From assembly GCA_046563655.1 (NCBI GenBank), contig CM102287.1, positions 7,626,001 to 7,690,000 on the forward strand: DNA of 64,000 bases, in the 5' to 3' direction. This document shows, one piece after another, positions 17,536 through 30,157 of this stretch. Source of the DNA: Yuukianura sp. NJ FZ-2021. Lineage: Eukaryota. Position numbers and translations under genes: made by a program. Below the pieces are notes generated by a model that was not told the DNA's origin, did not search any database, and was given only the letters and a program-made list of their open reading frames with translations. The first letter of the stretch is position 1. Each line of letters starts with the position of its first letter.

Positions 17536-18012
17536 CCCGAAGGCTGTTCCTGGTCAAAGGTCAACAGTGCATGTAAATTTCTAAACTAGATTTTCTAATT
17601 GACTATGACATGCGTCAGCTACATCGGTCTGAACCATGTATAGACTAAAAATATTTATGTTAATATGATTTATTTGTTATTTTATATACACTTTTTCTCC
17701 CTCCCCTCAAGGTTATAATGATTTTAGCAGTATCGGGCATGAGGTAAAACCTGACTTTTTATGACAATTGTATAAATCAAGATTTAGATCGGATGAGTAA
17801 ACCCCATAATTTGCGAAACTGTCGTCGTACCATGTGAGTATCATCCTCATAACTTTCATTGTTACTTTCTACAATGTATTTGTGTAGAAGGTAATAATGG
17901 AGTCATTGCCTCTTGACAATGATAACGTTTATGTACTATTGAGATGAGAAATCGTCATGGGTGATTAATCGCTGAACCTGACACAGGACTTCAACTGTTA
18001 ATTTTCCATCGG

Positions 18013-18019
18013 TATAAAA
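18013..18019 (+). promoter_or_regulatory. TATA box candidate
   Basis: TATAAAA about 48 nt upstream of the ATG at 18061. Confidence 0.4.
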
Positions 18020-18060
18020 AGGATGCGACTGTTGTGAATTTGCAGCGTATTCTTGTAAAG

Positions 18061-19364
18061 ATGACCGAATATTTCATATTGCTGTGTCTTGTAGCAATCG
18101 TCAAAGGAATTGCAACACCAAGGGATTCTTGGACAGAAGCATCAAGACATGGATCTAAGTCAACCACACCACTAAAAGGTGCGTTTCAAAATTTCAAAAT
18201 TCAAAGTTTGAGTTAACATTAGTAAAATTTTTGAATTCTGAATTTCAGATAACTTACAAATGGCTACCTCTGACCAGAAAGAAGCTGAAACAGGTCACTA
18301 CGGTCATGACTTTGGAGGTCTGGGGAACGGACATCACGGAGGATACTTCCAGTGAGTGTCAAAAACATTCGTCTGCTTTTGTAATTTTTGTTAATCAATT
18401 GTGTGATTTCCTGAGCGTAATAATAGTTGGATGGACATTTGGCAATCAAAGATGAGTCCAACAAAATATGAACTTGGACATGTCGAAGAGACGCCCAATG
18501 GCTGGGAACAGCGTTTCGAACGAGTTGATGGACATGTTAGACAAGGCAAGGTATCAACTTTGGATTTGTTGCTAATTTCAAAATCTTGGTAGATATGCTC
18601 ATAATCCTGACTACGGTCACTACGAATTTGGCTATCGACGTGGAAATGATTACCACTTTCAAGAACGTTATGAAAAAGCTCATGACTGGAAGTTCAAGAC
18701 GAAAGTAAGTGACAAAGTTTCTCAAAATGTTTCTCAACGATTCAGATCAACTCAAAATTTTAATTCCATATTTCACTTGACTTGGTGTCTTTCAGCTTCC
18801 AGTCTTACGCAAAAATCACTTAAAGAAGCTAATATTTTTTACGATTTCTTTTGTAGGCAAAATGGGGTGACAAGTATGGAGGTTACGGCGAGGTGAGTTT
18901 GAACCTTTTTTTTCGAATTACGATTTTTACGAATTTTTTTCTAGAAAAGATTTTAAAAGCTGGAAATAATGCTAATACGATTTTTTGTTGCTTTAGCACT
19001 ACTGGGACTACAATCACGTTGACAAAGGTTATGGAGGGGATCACGGTCACGGCGGAGGTGACGGTGGCCACGTAAGTGTAAATTCCACATGAACTAATCT
19101 AAATCGAAAATCAAAAATTAAATGTTGACCTGATTGTTTGTGAAACAGGGTCATGGACACTACAGTGAGCAAGTGCCTGTTGTCTCTGAACCTGACAGAG
19201 GCAACAAGAACAGCCGAATTGTACAAAAACGAGAGTCAAAAGGAAAAGAGAATCAAGAAACTGGTGAAATGGGATCAACTTTAAGTCTTGACCCGGTCAC
19301 TGGAAAGGTCACGGACAAAGACACTGGAAAAACATACTGGCTGAAACCAACAGAAGATAGTTAG
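18061..19364 (+). CDS. Secreted Gly/His/Tyr/Trp-rich (cuticle-type) protein with mutually exclusive exons 18427-18550 / 18593-18704
   Basis: Signal peptide MTEYFILLCLVAIVKG. Spliced product contains YEFGYRRGNDYHFQERYEKAHDWKFKTK-AKWGDKYGGYGE-HYWDYNH and GH-rich linkers. All junctions are GT-AG. Confidence 0.75.
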
Positions 19365-19604
19365 AGGTCACCCGATCATTCAGTTTTGTTCCTTTACGGT
19401 CACGCGCAGTTGTTGTTACGCATTTTGGCACTTTGTTAAATGTTCTAAACACAAACGTTCGGAAATTTTGAATTTGTATCAATGTTTGTTTATTGTTTGA
19501 TAAAAACCGATGGCTGAAGCCTCTTTATAATTTCTTTTGGCTAAACTGAATTGGTTTTGGCATTAAGGCAGCCGGAACTTGAGCAATTGTCAGAATTGGC
19601 TTGT

Positions 19605-20233
19605 TTAGTAAGCGTGGTGACCACCATGACCATACTTCACGGGGTGTGAATGATGAAAGTCGGCTCCTTGCCAAATGAACTTGTTATACCTAAAACAAAC
19701 ACAAATTTTGAAATTCGATCCAAAACGTTTTTCAATTTTTGATTTTCGAAAAAGTTTCCTACCCTTTCCCTTGTTCATTGAGTCCGTATTGATACGAATG
19801 TGGATTTTGATAGACGCCGACATTAGCCCAGCCATGGTATTGTCGTCCCCAGCCATGTCCATGACCGCCATACCCTTGTCCTAGTCCGTAGCCGCCGTGA
19901 CCGTGGCCATGACCGTGTCCACCGTGACCATGGCCATATCCACCGTGACCTTGTGAATAGCCCACGGTATGAGAGTGTCCAAACCCACCATGCCCGTGAC
20001 CATGGCCGTGCCCGTGTCCATGCCCATGCCCATGGCCGTGTCCATGCCCAGCATATACCGGTATATTACCTGCCACGAGAGCGAGCCAACAGAGGGCGCT
20101 TAACAAAACCTATAAACGAAACAATTATTCGTAAAAATCATAAACTTGAAAAACTACAAAAACGTTTTCCAATCGAATTCTTCGAAATTTTAAACTGGTT
20201 AGATTCTGAACCTGAACTTACCAATTTGATCAT
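19605..20233 (-). CDS. Secreted Gly/His-repeat protein, 3 exons
   Basis: Signal peptide MIKLVLLSALCWLALVAG, then (GH)n and GGYG repeats, ending ...EQGKG|YNKFIWQGADFHHSHPVKYGHGGHHAY. Confidence 0.8.
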
Positions 20234-20750
20234 TGCAGACTATGTATTGACTGATGCGAACTTAAGTTGGAGTGTTTGAATTGGAAGCCGAAACTTGACT
20301 AATTTCAATCCGTTGTCCTCCGCCCATTAAATACTGTCGGATGAAATGGCGGAAACAAATGGCCACATTGAACTCGCCACTTCAATTAATTAATTAACTT
20401 AGCTCCAACCAAGTTCAACGAGTCGAACATTTTTCTCCCTTGATCTGGTCCAATGATTCCTCAGGCTTTTCTCACTTTCGTTTTTCACCATTTCCTTCTA
20501 TAAAACTTCTGCAATACGTGAACAATTACACAACGCAACTTCAGCGTAATGCTGTGCTCCACTGCCCTACACTCCACGCATTCGTCCAATCAAATAAAAT
20601 AATAAGTTGTAAAGTTGTTCAAAAATTTCTCTCACAGAAATGAAAACAAACGTAACTTGTAATTACATCATCAATTAGATAATCAGTTAAGGTGAAACTG
20701 AATTATTTATTTTGATTTTTGAGAAATTTAAATTGAGGTGTACATTCTCA

Positions 20751-23700
20751 TTAGTGAGTTGGTTTGCCTGAATTTGACGGAGAGGAGGAACGAGAAGATG
20801 AGGAGGAAGCAGAACGACGACGACGCTTGGATGTGTCGCTAGTACGACGTTGCTTGTCTCTACTTCGGGCTGGAGATGTAGATCTGGACTCGTGGCGACG
20901 TTTCTTCCCTTTTCTAGATTTACTGCTACTGCGACTTCTGCGTCTGCTTCGTTTGGATTTGCTGGAACTGCGACTGCGTCGATGGCTGTTTCTGGATGTA
21001 CTGGAACTACGACTCCTTCGTTTACTCTTCGATTTGGACTTGCTTGAACTACGACTCCGACTCTTCTTGTTTTTGGATTTGCTCAAACTGGGACTCCGAC
21101 TGTGCTTGGTCTTTGACTTCGTTTTGCTTGAACTGCGACTGCGTCGTCGCTTATCTTTTTTAGTTTTGCTGGAACTTCGGCTTCTTCTGTCTTTTCTGGA
21201 TTTACTCACACTCCGACTCCTTCTTCTTGCTTTGTCTCTGTGTGATGGAGACGTAGAACGTCCCCTGCTGTGACTTCGACTTCTTCTTCTCCGCTCTCTG
21301 CTTCGACTCCTGTCATGCTTGTCTTCTTTACGCGAAGACATACTGAGTCTACGCGATGATTCGCTGTCTCGCCGACTTCTTTCGTGGCTCCGACTTCTCG
21401 AAGCTCGTCGTCGTTCTGCTTTCTTGTCAACTTTCTCTTCTTCTCCTCGGGACTTTTCAGGCTGAAATGCAATTGGTTTCGTCGTTGATACGGAATGGGC
21501 ACTATGTAAGCTCTTCCCGTTCGTTCCAGGAAAAGAATCTCCAGACTTTGATCTGGATCGGGACATAACTTCGGCACTAGATTTTCCACGCGATTTGATG
21601 TTTTCTTCTTCCTCGTCAGCCAGAAGCTTCATCTCGAAATTCCGCTTCTTCCGCTCGATTTCAGCCTAGAATTGAAATAAATCATGATTATGGTGAGATT
21701 AACTGAGTGAGAAGTAATTTTAGAAGTTTGTGTCATTACAATGAGGCCATCTTCAGAATCAACATCGTTAGCCTCCAGAGGAGCTGCATCGTCAGAGTTG
21801 CTCGAATCGTCCTGATCCTCCGAGTCCGATCCGTAGTCACCCAGGCCTAAATTGAAGGTTGGGAAAACCAAAGCCTCTATAACAAGCTCCTAAACAATTT
21901 ACAGACACATGGGGAAATCGCTAATGCAGTTCACTTAAATAAACTGCATTGCGAAGAATCACGGCAGAGGAACAAGTACAACTCTATTGTTTTTTCTGCC
22001 ATGCAGCATTGGTTTTTCATCTGGCAAATTAACATACTAATATGACTTACCAAGTGGTCCACCCGTGAGGGAAGTAAGGGCTACTAGACTTTGGCCACGT
22101 GATGAGGTCACTTCATGAGAAAAAGAAATTTAGCAAAAACAATAACGGTAGAGCGTATCAAGGATAAGGGATGAAGATGATGCTGGAAGCGCTGGAATTA
22201 AACTCATCTCATAAATTGATGACTGCAGATTCAATTGGAAACTCACCTTCCCAATGTCTATATTTATAATCTTACTTTGGTTCAGAAGTGTATAACAACA
22301 TTGGCTGAGTTTAAACGTTTGTACTGTCCCTCAGCAGCTATAAACGACCCTCTGGAAATGAGGAATTATGGCGGCTTGTCAAAAAAATAGGTCCACAAAA
22401 ATAAAATTCACCGTTTTTCAATAAAGCGGTTTTCCTGCCACAGATTGTTCAAAATTTTTATTCTTTCACAATTTTGAACTTTTTTTTCAAAATTTTGAAG
22501 TTTTTTCAAAATTTTGAACTTTTTCTCAAAATTTTGAAGTTTTTTCAAAAACTAACTTTTTTCAAAAATTTTTCACTTTTTTCAAGATTTTTCAAAATTT
22601 TGACCTTTTTTCAAAATTTTGAAAAAAGGTCAAAATTTTGAAAAATCTTGAAAAAAGTGAAAAATTTTTGAAAAATCTTGAAAAAAGTGCAAAATTTTTG
22701 AAAAAAGTTAGTTTTTGAAAAAACTTCAAAATTTTGAGAAAAAGTTCAAAATTTTGAAAAAACTTCAAAATTTTGAGAAAAAGTTCAAAATTTTGAAAAA
22801 AAGTTCAAAATTTTGAAAAAAGTGAAAGTTTTTGGAAAAAGTTCAAAATTTTGAAAAAAGTGAAAGTTTTTGGAAAAAGTTCAAAATTTTGAAAAAACTT
22901 CAAAATTTTGAAAAAAAAAGTGTTCAAAATTTTGAAAAAAGTTCAAAATTGTGAAAGAATAAAAATTTTGAACAATCTGTGGCTTGTGGCAGGAAAACCG
23001 CTTTATTGAAAAACGGTGAATTTTATTTTTGTGGACCTATTTTTTTGACAAGCCGCCATAATTCCTCATTTCCAGAGGGTCGTTTATAGCTGCTGAGGGA
23101 CAGTAGTAAGAGAATTAGAGTTCCATAAGGAGATGGAGTTCTACATGTAGTACCTTTCTGCTTGGCCTTGGCTCTCTCCAGGGCTTCGACAGCGACAGTC
23201 CTCATCTCCTCATTGGTTACTTCCAGGAGTATCTTGGTCAGCTGCCGGCGGACACTCAGCATCTAGGTCAAAAAATTAGGAATTTTCTATAAGAAGTATT
23301 GGTTAAACTTTAACTTAAAGAAAATGCTTGGTTGAACTCACCACTTGCTCCATTTGTTCATCCTTGGTCAGTGAAGCAAGGATTTCGTCAAGTGATAGCT
23401 GTCGAGGCTGAGATTGCCGGAACGAGCCCTTCAATTTGATGCTGAATCCTTCCTTATCCCCGTCGGCACCGAAAAATACGGCGGGTTCGGGCTCTTCTGT
23501 AGGTTGCGCTTCCGGTTGAACCTGAGGTTGGTCAAAATCGCTTGCCCATTTACTGGTTTCGGTTTGCTCCTGGTCACGCTTACGACGAAGTCGACGTTCC
23601 TCCTCTCGTTGTTCGGCTAGTCGTTCTTTTTCTTCAGCCTTTCGCTTCTCGCGCTCTACTTTCTCCAGGCCCTCGCGTATCCAAGATGGTAAGGCCCTTC

Positions 23701-24605
23701 GCCGTGCTGCTTCAGCTTAAAATACAAAATATTGCGTGGATGAGCCTCGGAAGATGGTGACTAAATTATGTTACATACCTAGATCTTCTTCGTATGTCTC
23801 CTCTTCTTGATAGCTTTGTCTCCTGTCGGTATAATTCGCAGTATATCTTCGGTCATTAACATTGTAGTTGCTAAAGTCAACACCTGAGTGCATCCAACTG
23901 TTGTTTCCATAAGTATTACCGCCTGAAACTTCGGAAGCCGACGACCTTCCTAAATGCTGTAAGATTCGACATCAAAATTGGCAATAAAGGCATGTTTATT
24001 TTGTTTTCGAGTTTTAGTTCCATAAAATACTTGCCTCGTTGATTTGGTTCTGATGAAAAGCAGGTTGAGACCATGTTTGATTCGGTTGATGTTGAGAGAA
24101 GTGACTAACGTTAGGACTGAGCGACGTTCCAATTCCTCCAGCAGCCACTGCCGAAGAGCGAGTGTACAACGGTGCATTGACAGACTCGTCCAAGTCCATT
24201 GGAGCTTCACCAATAACATCCTGGTGATGCTGGTGTTGATGCTGAAACGACGCAGCCTGAGTTTGGTGCTGGTGGTGCTGCGGGACAGGCGGTGCTTGTG
24301 CAACTTCCTGACTTTGACCCTCCACTTGCTGATTCTGATTGACATTGGTCCCCTTCATTTGAATCCATTGTTGTGCCAACGACGCCCAGTCAACTGCAAA
24401 ACGGTTACAATTTATCCAGTGTTCAATCGATCCAGAACGTAATCACTTCGTTAACTTACCTTGATTATGGGGGATTTGCCGGTAATGATTGGGATCTAAA
24501 GACCACGTAGGTGCAGCATTCATTCCTGGCAATTGTTGCCCTAGTTGTTGTGGGATATTTCCTTCCGGATTCCAACCGGACGCAGCCTGTCCACGGCCCC
24601 ACATT
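20751..24605 (-). CDS. PNISR: Arginine/serine-rich protein PNISR (SFRS18)
   Basis: VDWASLAQQWIQMK, RRKLPVWIREGLEK, MLSVRRQLTKILLEVTNEE, LTSLTGG..GLGDYGSDSED and a long RS tail. Confidence 0.92.
22324..23103. mobile_element. 780-bp foldback/palindromic non-autonomous element with TA target duplication, in a PNISR intron
   Basis: About 150-bp near-perfect outer inverted repeats (CTGTCCCTCAGCAGCTATAAACGACC... / ...GGTCGTTTATAGCTGCTGAGGGACAG) flanked by TA on both sides. The interior is built of ~20-bp TTCAAAATTTTGAA units with an axis of symmetry at 22616/22617. Confidence 0.9.
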
Positions 24606-25201
24606 TTAATTTAGTAATTGGCGGCAGTAAAAGTAATTAATCTGATTCACCGTCAAACGTATGAACGAACAGTCACATTCCACGTCAAATCTGTAACACA
24701 AAGGCGAATCGCTGTTAAGTGTTTCAGCGAGTCGATCTAATTACATAACCAAAAACAATCCAAATGAAGGAACGAACCCATCAAAACAAACAAAAACAAA
24801 CTCTTGTTCCTTTCTGCTCGGTGTTCTGTTCATTCCTGCACTGTCCTCGTATTCCTATTCCTAGGGTCCTCTTTTGTGTGTTGCTGTCTTCCTCGGTGAT
24901 TGGATGAGTGCATGGTATGACTATTCCACTGATATCGCAAACTTCCGGGGCAACGTAAGACTCCTCGCCAATTAGATCCAGTTGCATTTGGATTTAAGTT
25001 TTAGACTAAAACTATAACTTTTAGTACTCCTCTAAGTTTAACAAAATTAAGAACTTCATCAAAGATTTTCTACTACAATGTTTAATAAAATATGGTAAGA
25101 ATGAGGTAAGTTCATTGATTTAAATGCAGAAGTCCGAAAACACGTTACATTCCCTGAGAACGGCTTCGATATGCGCAGAAAATCACAGTCCGGCATTTTT
25201 T

Positions 25202-27301
25202 TTAGTGTCGAGTTCCATGAAGCACCGAATTCTGCTGTGAAAACTTCAGATAGATGTCCAGCAATCGAATGAGTTCTGAAGCAGCTTCAATTCTTGTGTA
25301 GTGCAAATTGGGGTTTCCGATTTTTGGATCCTTGCATTTCAGCAAAACTTCGCTGAAGTTCTTCAATTCGGGGTCCGTCGAGAATTCCGCTGGAACAGAA
25401 TGTAAAAGTCCGTCTGGAAATTCAACTGCTAAAGCTCCTTCCGCCAAAAGTCCCTGACAAAAATATCAACAGTATTTAGAATTAATTGTTACTGAACCAG
25501 AATCAGCAGTAGAATGTTGTAGACAAATCGAACTTACCGCACAAATAGCATAGTAGTTATGATCCGTGTGTGGATAAATACAAAGATCCTCAGTTGAAAT
25601 GCCAAGGCATAATTTTTCCATGTTCCCATCTTCTTCGCAAGGCATCGATTCAGACTGAAGGAGTTTATCAAAGCCTGGACTAGAACCTGAAAAGGCCAAA
25701 TAGAACGTTTAGTTTCTAATTGGTAAACAAACAGTAAATGACTAAAAAAACTCAATGAAAACTGCGACATTTACGTTTGTGCATTGCTTCCTTATCCACA
25801 ACAATGAAATTGCCCAAATCAATAGCCCTTAGCTTTCCAGTTTTCTCTTCTACCGCAAAATTGTCTGGGCTGATGTCTGTGAAGTACAACACGAAATTGG
25901 TTGGATTATCGTAAAACTTGGCGGCCATTTCCAACAGCTGTTTCGCCAGCGAAGCCCTCACAGAAAATGGCTCGTCTACAAAAGTCGTAAGCCTGCTTCC
26001 TACATATTCCTCGGCAATTAGTCGTCCGCCTATGATTCAATGATTTAATAAAAATCAATTTATTCTAAAGTTATAAAATTAATGGATTCTCTGAAGTCTT
26101 TAGATACTTACAAGCTCCGTAGTACGACGGAAATGGCCAACCGCCACTTTGAGGAAATGCCTAAAAATAAAATGATACTAAAAAAGGATTAACACCTCTC
26201 AACATTTAAAATTACTAAAGTTGTCGGGTTTAGATTTAAATAAATTCACTCACTTGAAGTAATAACGGTTCCGGATTGAGCAGCAACATTGTAAGAACGT
26301 TTGCGAGGATTGTGTTGTGGTGATGACCTTTCAATCGTTTCTTTCCTGCTTCCAGAAGAAAATCGGTTTTACGATGTGACGGGCACAGAAGGATGTCTGA
26401 TCCATCTACTATTTGCTCTCCGTTTAATATGGTTCGGTTGAAATCACGGTGAGGACCGAATCCCAGAACCTCTAGTTTGTATTTTTCAATTAGATCTATG
26501 ACCGTGTCCGAGACGTCACATTGGTTACGTCCTGTTCCATGATGTTGGGCACAAATTAATTTGTCCAGCCGCTCTAATTCCTCATCGTGTCCCAGCTTTT
26601 TCAATACGATCTGTCAGAAACAAAAAGCGTGAGAGTGCGTGCATCTTAATTAAGTGACTATTTTGTGTTAGTCATACCTGACGTTCGATTCCTTTTGCAT
26701 CTCTCCATGTAGCGTAGTAGACGTTCTTGACATTGACAATTCGACTCATTGCGAATTTATTCCAGTCATTGAGTTCGATTTCTTTGTTCAAAATGGCGGG
26801 ACATAAATTCACCCCGAAACAAGCAGGACACTTGTCACGTTCCGTCAGTACCGCTAAATCGAGAATAATTCCTAGCTGCTGGCCTGTTAATTTAAAACTT
26901 TTAAGCTGAACTGTTGACAGAATTAGAATCAATGGAACGCAAACTAGGATGAAGATCAGCAGAATCCATCGTTGCTTTAGTTTCATGTCCGGTAATTGCC
27001 TAACGTCTGAGGCAGCTGGACGGTAAGGTTTTAGTGTGAAGTATTCAATTAAAGTTCCAATTCTCAGTCTGTGTTTATGAAAAAATGGCTTTTCGTTGAT
27101 CACAATAGTAGTTGATAGCGGGGTTGCTACATGATTAGATGGTGAGGGTTCGAGTTGACCTTGAGGGTTGTCACCGGATGAATTCAATTCAAATTCAACC
27201 AAGGCTTGGCGATCAGTTGTGAGACTCTGGTTGTTGATAATTGACGAAAATGGGATTAGCGAACTTGGAGTCGGAATGTGGAGTAATTCATACTCTCTCA
27301 T
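25202..27301 (-). CDS. DIPK2A: Divergent protein kinase domain 2A-like (DIA1/C3orf58 family); likely ATG at 26986 or 27301
   Basis: Signal anchor, DKCPACFGVNLC, KNVYYA, LCPS, NPEPLLLQ, WPFPSYYGACGR, YFTDISPDNFAV, IDLGNFIVVD, DHNYYAIC and GLLHSVP. Confidence 0.88.
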
Positions 27302-30157
27302 CCTGGAACCGCGGAATCTTGAACGGAAATTAGGTCCTTGGTCATCAACCCGACGAAATAATCATGCCGTTTCCAGTAATTTAAGGTTTCCCCAACCCTC
27401 CTGCCCTAGAAAAAAAATTATTTACCAAAACATTAGCAGAAAGAAAATCATGGATATGCAGCAATCTTACTTCTGTTGTCCAGAACTTCGTGAATATTGA
27501 AATGATGATGTCACTGTCACATCACTGATACTAAGAATGCAAACGACAAAGAATTTATAAACCAACACACTGAAAGAACATTCAAGATCAAAGGTTAGGT
27601 TCACTCAAGCACAAAAGAAGTGATTCACTCACCGTTATATGTGGGAGAATTCACATTCATCAACAGCTAACAGCAGTTAACACACGCGTAATTCTTTTAA
27701 GTGAATTTTTATTATTGGCACGATTTCGACAAGGTCAAGCGGTCAAGGTCAAAGTCCAAGTAAAAACAACCAAAACAAAAACATAACAGTATAAGTGGCA
27801 CGGGGGTGGGATTGAATCTGGCGTGTCTTTTGTTCCACAACGTGAAATTCACCGTTACTTACAGCAAAATTATCAAGTTTGTTAGACCAAAGCCACTTCC
27901 TTCCAAATGCCCACAACCCACTCTCTTCTTACATTTCTCCTGCCAAAAGATGGCAGTGCTAAAAAGCTTCTCCTAAAAGTGAAAGTCAGCGGTGCTTTCT
28001 CCTTATAAAGCCTCCCCACAACATTTTAACCTTTATTAGCTTCTAACCACTGCAATTAATTAAATAAACTTACTACTATTTTATTCCTTTCACCCTCTCC
28101 TCTCCCGTTGCTCTCATGCCCAAAATCCCAGTAACTCAATCTTCGTTTTCCTTGTTTTAGCAAAGAATGTCTTCAATTCCATAACTTACAATCAATCACT
28201 TTCTCTCCTGCTGGACTTGTGAAGCCAGTGCAGTAAAGTAAAAGTTTCCTGGATGCTAAAAGCTTGCCAGAGAAAGTCGGCACCTTATTTATTTGCCTTT
28301 GTGTCTTTTCTTCCTGCCTTTCTCCTAAAATGCTCCCGTGGAGACTGACTTACTTCCAAACATGGAGAAAGCATGCAGAAAGTCAATATTTGGACCCCTT
28401 GTCTGTCTCGCTCTGTAGTTTGCAGTAGTAAGTAGTGTTCATTCAGTAGGTAACCGAACATTAATGGACGGTCACTTCCCAACCAGTACAGTGTTACAGA
28501 ACAACTTAGTAGCTCATTAGCGCGGCAACCATAAGCGCGAATTAGCCAAGTTGGCAACAGTGGTTACTACTAAATGATATTGAGCTCCACTGTGTGCTCC
28601 GTATGGGTTATTTTTCATTGATAATACAGCTTAGTGTATACCGATTTGCTGATTTCGCGCTTATTGTTGTCGCTCTAATGACTTCTGTAATCAATGAAGA
28701 ACCGTTGTTTTGGAACTGATCAATTTTACTTCTGGCTCTGTCAGTCTGTACAGAGTGCTACAGTCCGTAGAAGGCCGTGCTTGAAAGTCCGGTCTAAGGT
28801 TAGTACATGTTGTAGGAGGTGATGTTGCTTTTTGTGGTTATTGGGATGAAGTGAATTGGTATAAATGAGTATAGTGTGGTGTGAAGAGGATGAGTGATGG
28901 AGAATAAAAAGATGAAAAAAGATGAAAGCGGAAGAAGTGAAAGTGTTGGTGGTGAAAGGACTTTTCCATAGGCACAAAAGGAAAAAAAGAAACTCCCAAG
29001 GAAAGCCAAATCCCGTTTCCTTTTGTTCAACTTTCTCGGAATAGTATTTTACAGTAGCACATTTGAAATGTAACTTTCATCTCAATGTAACTCTTTTACA
29101 GAGACATGTTTGGCCAACCCCTAAGCTAGTCCTTGGCTCATCAACAAAGATATGTTTGTAAATTGTTCGATTTGAGTTGACGGCAAACTCAAACTCAAAC
29201 TTTTGGCCCAAAAAGTTATTGATGCGGATAAGCAATTGAAGAAAAATGGAACAAGGTTTCCAAAACAGAAAGTAGAAAACCCAGTTTCAAAAAAAGAAAC
29301 AACGAAAAATTCGGTTTCAAAAACACAAAATAGAAGTTATGAAGAATGACAAAAACAAAGCGAACTGGAAGAAAGCAACACACGGAAATTGATCAGAAAG
29401 TATTTTTGAATAGGAAAAGTGAGTTAACTTTTTTTGTATTAGAATCTGTCGAAATGCTTTCACTCTTGGCTTTTAGTACTCTTCGATTTAGCATCAGTAT
29501 ACTGTTAGGTTTTAGGTATCTAAGTTAGGTGGAAATAATTATGAAGAATTTCACCTTGCTAATTTAATTTCAAAGTCTAATCAAATTTCAGTTTCATAAA
29601 GCCAAAAAGAGCTCTTTGACCTGCTCCCGCATTGGAAGCCACGCGATGGGGGGCTGACGCTACGTGAGGCGCTCCAGCAGCGTCGTGCTTCGTGACTAGC
29701 TTCAGCTCCTGACTTCATATTCCAGAATTTTGACTTGTGTAAAAGCGGGATTCTGGAGAAGCGCTGGTGCTGGAAAGATGCTGGATGCTGCTGGTGAAAG
29801 AACAGCGATCGATTGGATCTTCCTCTTTACTTTAGTACAGACTGAAGCTGTGAAAGACGAAATCAGTTTTGGAAAGTCTTTCCGTTCTTCATCATCATCC
29901 TTCATCCTTCAAGGCCTTGCTTTCACTTGTTCACTTTCACTTGAGCAGAGTGTATCGGCCTTAGTGGACTCCTTTAGCTTTAATGTTATATTCCAAGTTG
30001 CTTTCCACTTAATTACTTCTCAAGCGAGGCTCGTCGGGAGTTCATAAACTTTGCTTCTGAATCTTGATCTCTTGGAACACTTCTAAGCTTGGATTTCTGA
30101 GTTGATTAAAACTAATTACTTTTTAGTTCAAAGTTTTACATTTGTTACGAAAGAAAA

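Noticed and set aside
20764..21273. 169-aa Leu/Arg-rich plus-strand ORF (similar ones at 693-1076, 16717-17142, 17172-17495, 32512-33108)
   Set aside because: These are antisense shadows of low-complexity coding exons on the opposite strand.
22470..22960. Regular ~20-bp repeats that could suggest a CRISPR-like array
   Set aside because: There are no unique spacers and no cas genes, and the context is a eukaryotic intron. They are internal subrepeats of the foldback element.
28485..28565. CAGTGTTAC...TTGGCAACAGTG resembling hAT-type termini
   Set aside because: Too short and degenerate, with no clear target-site duplication.
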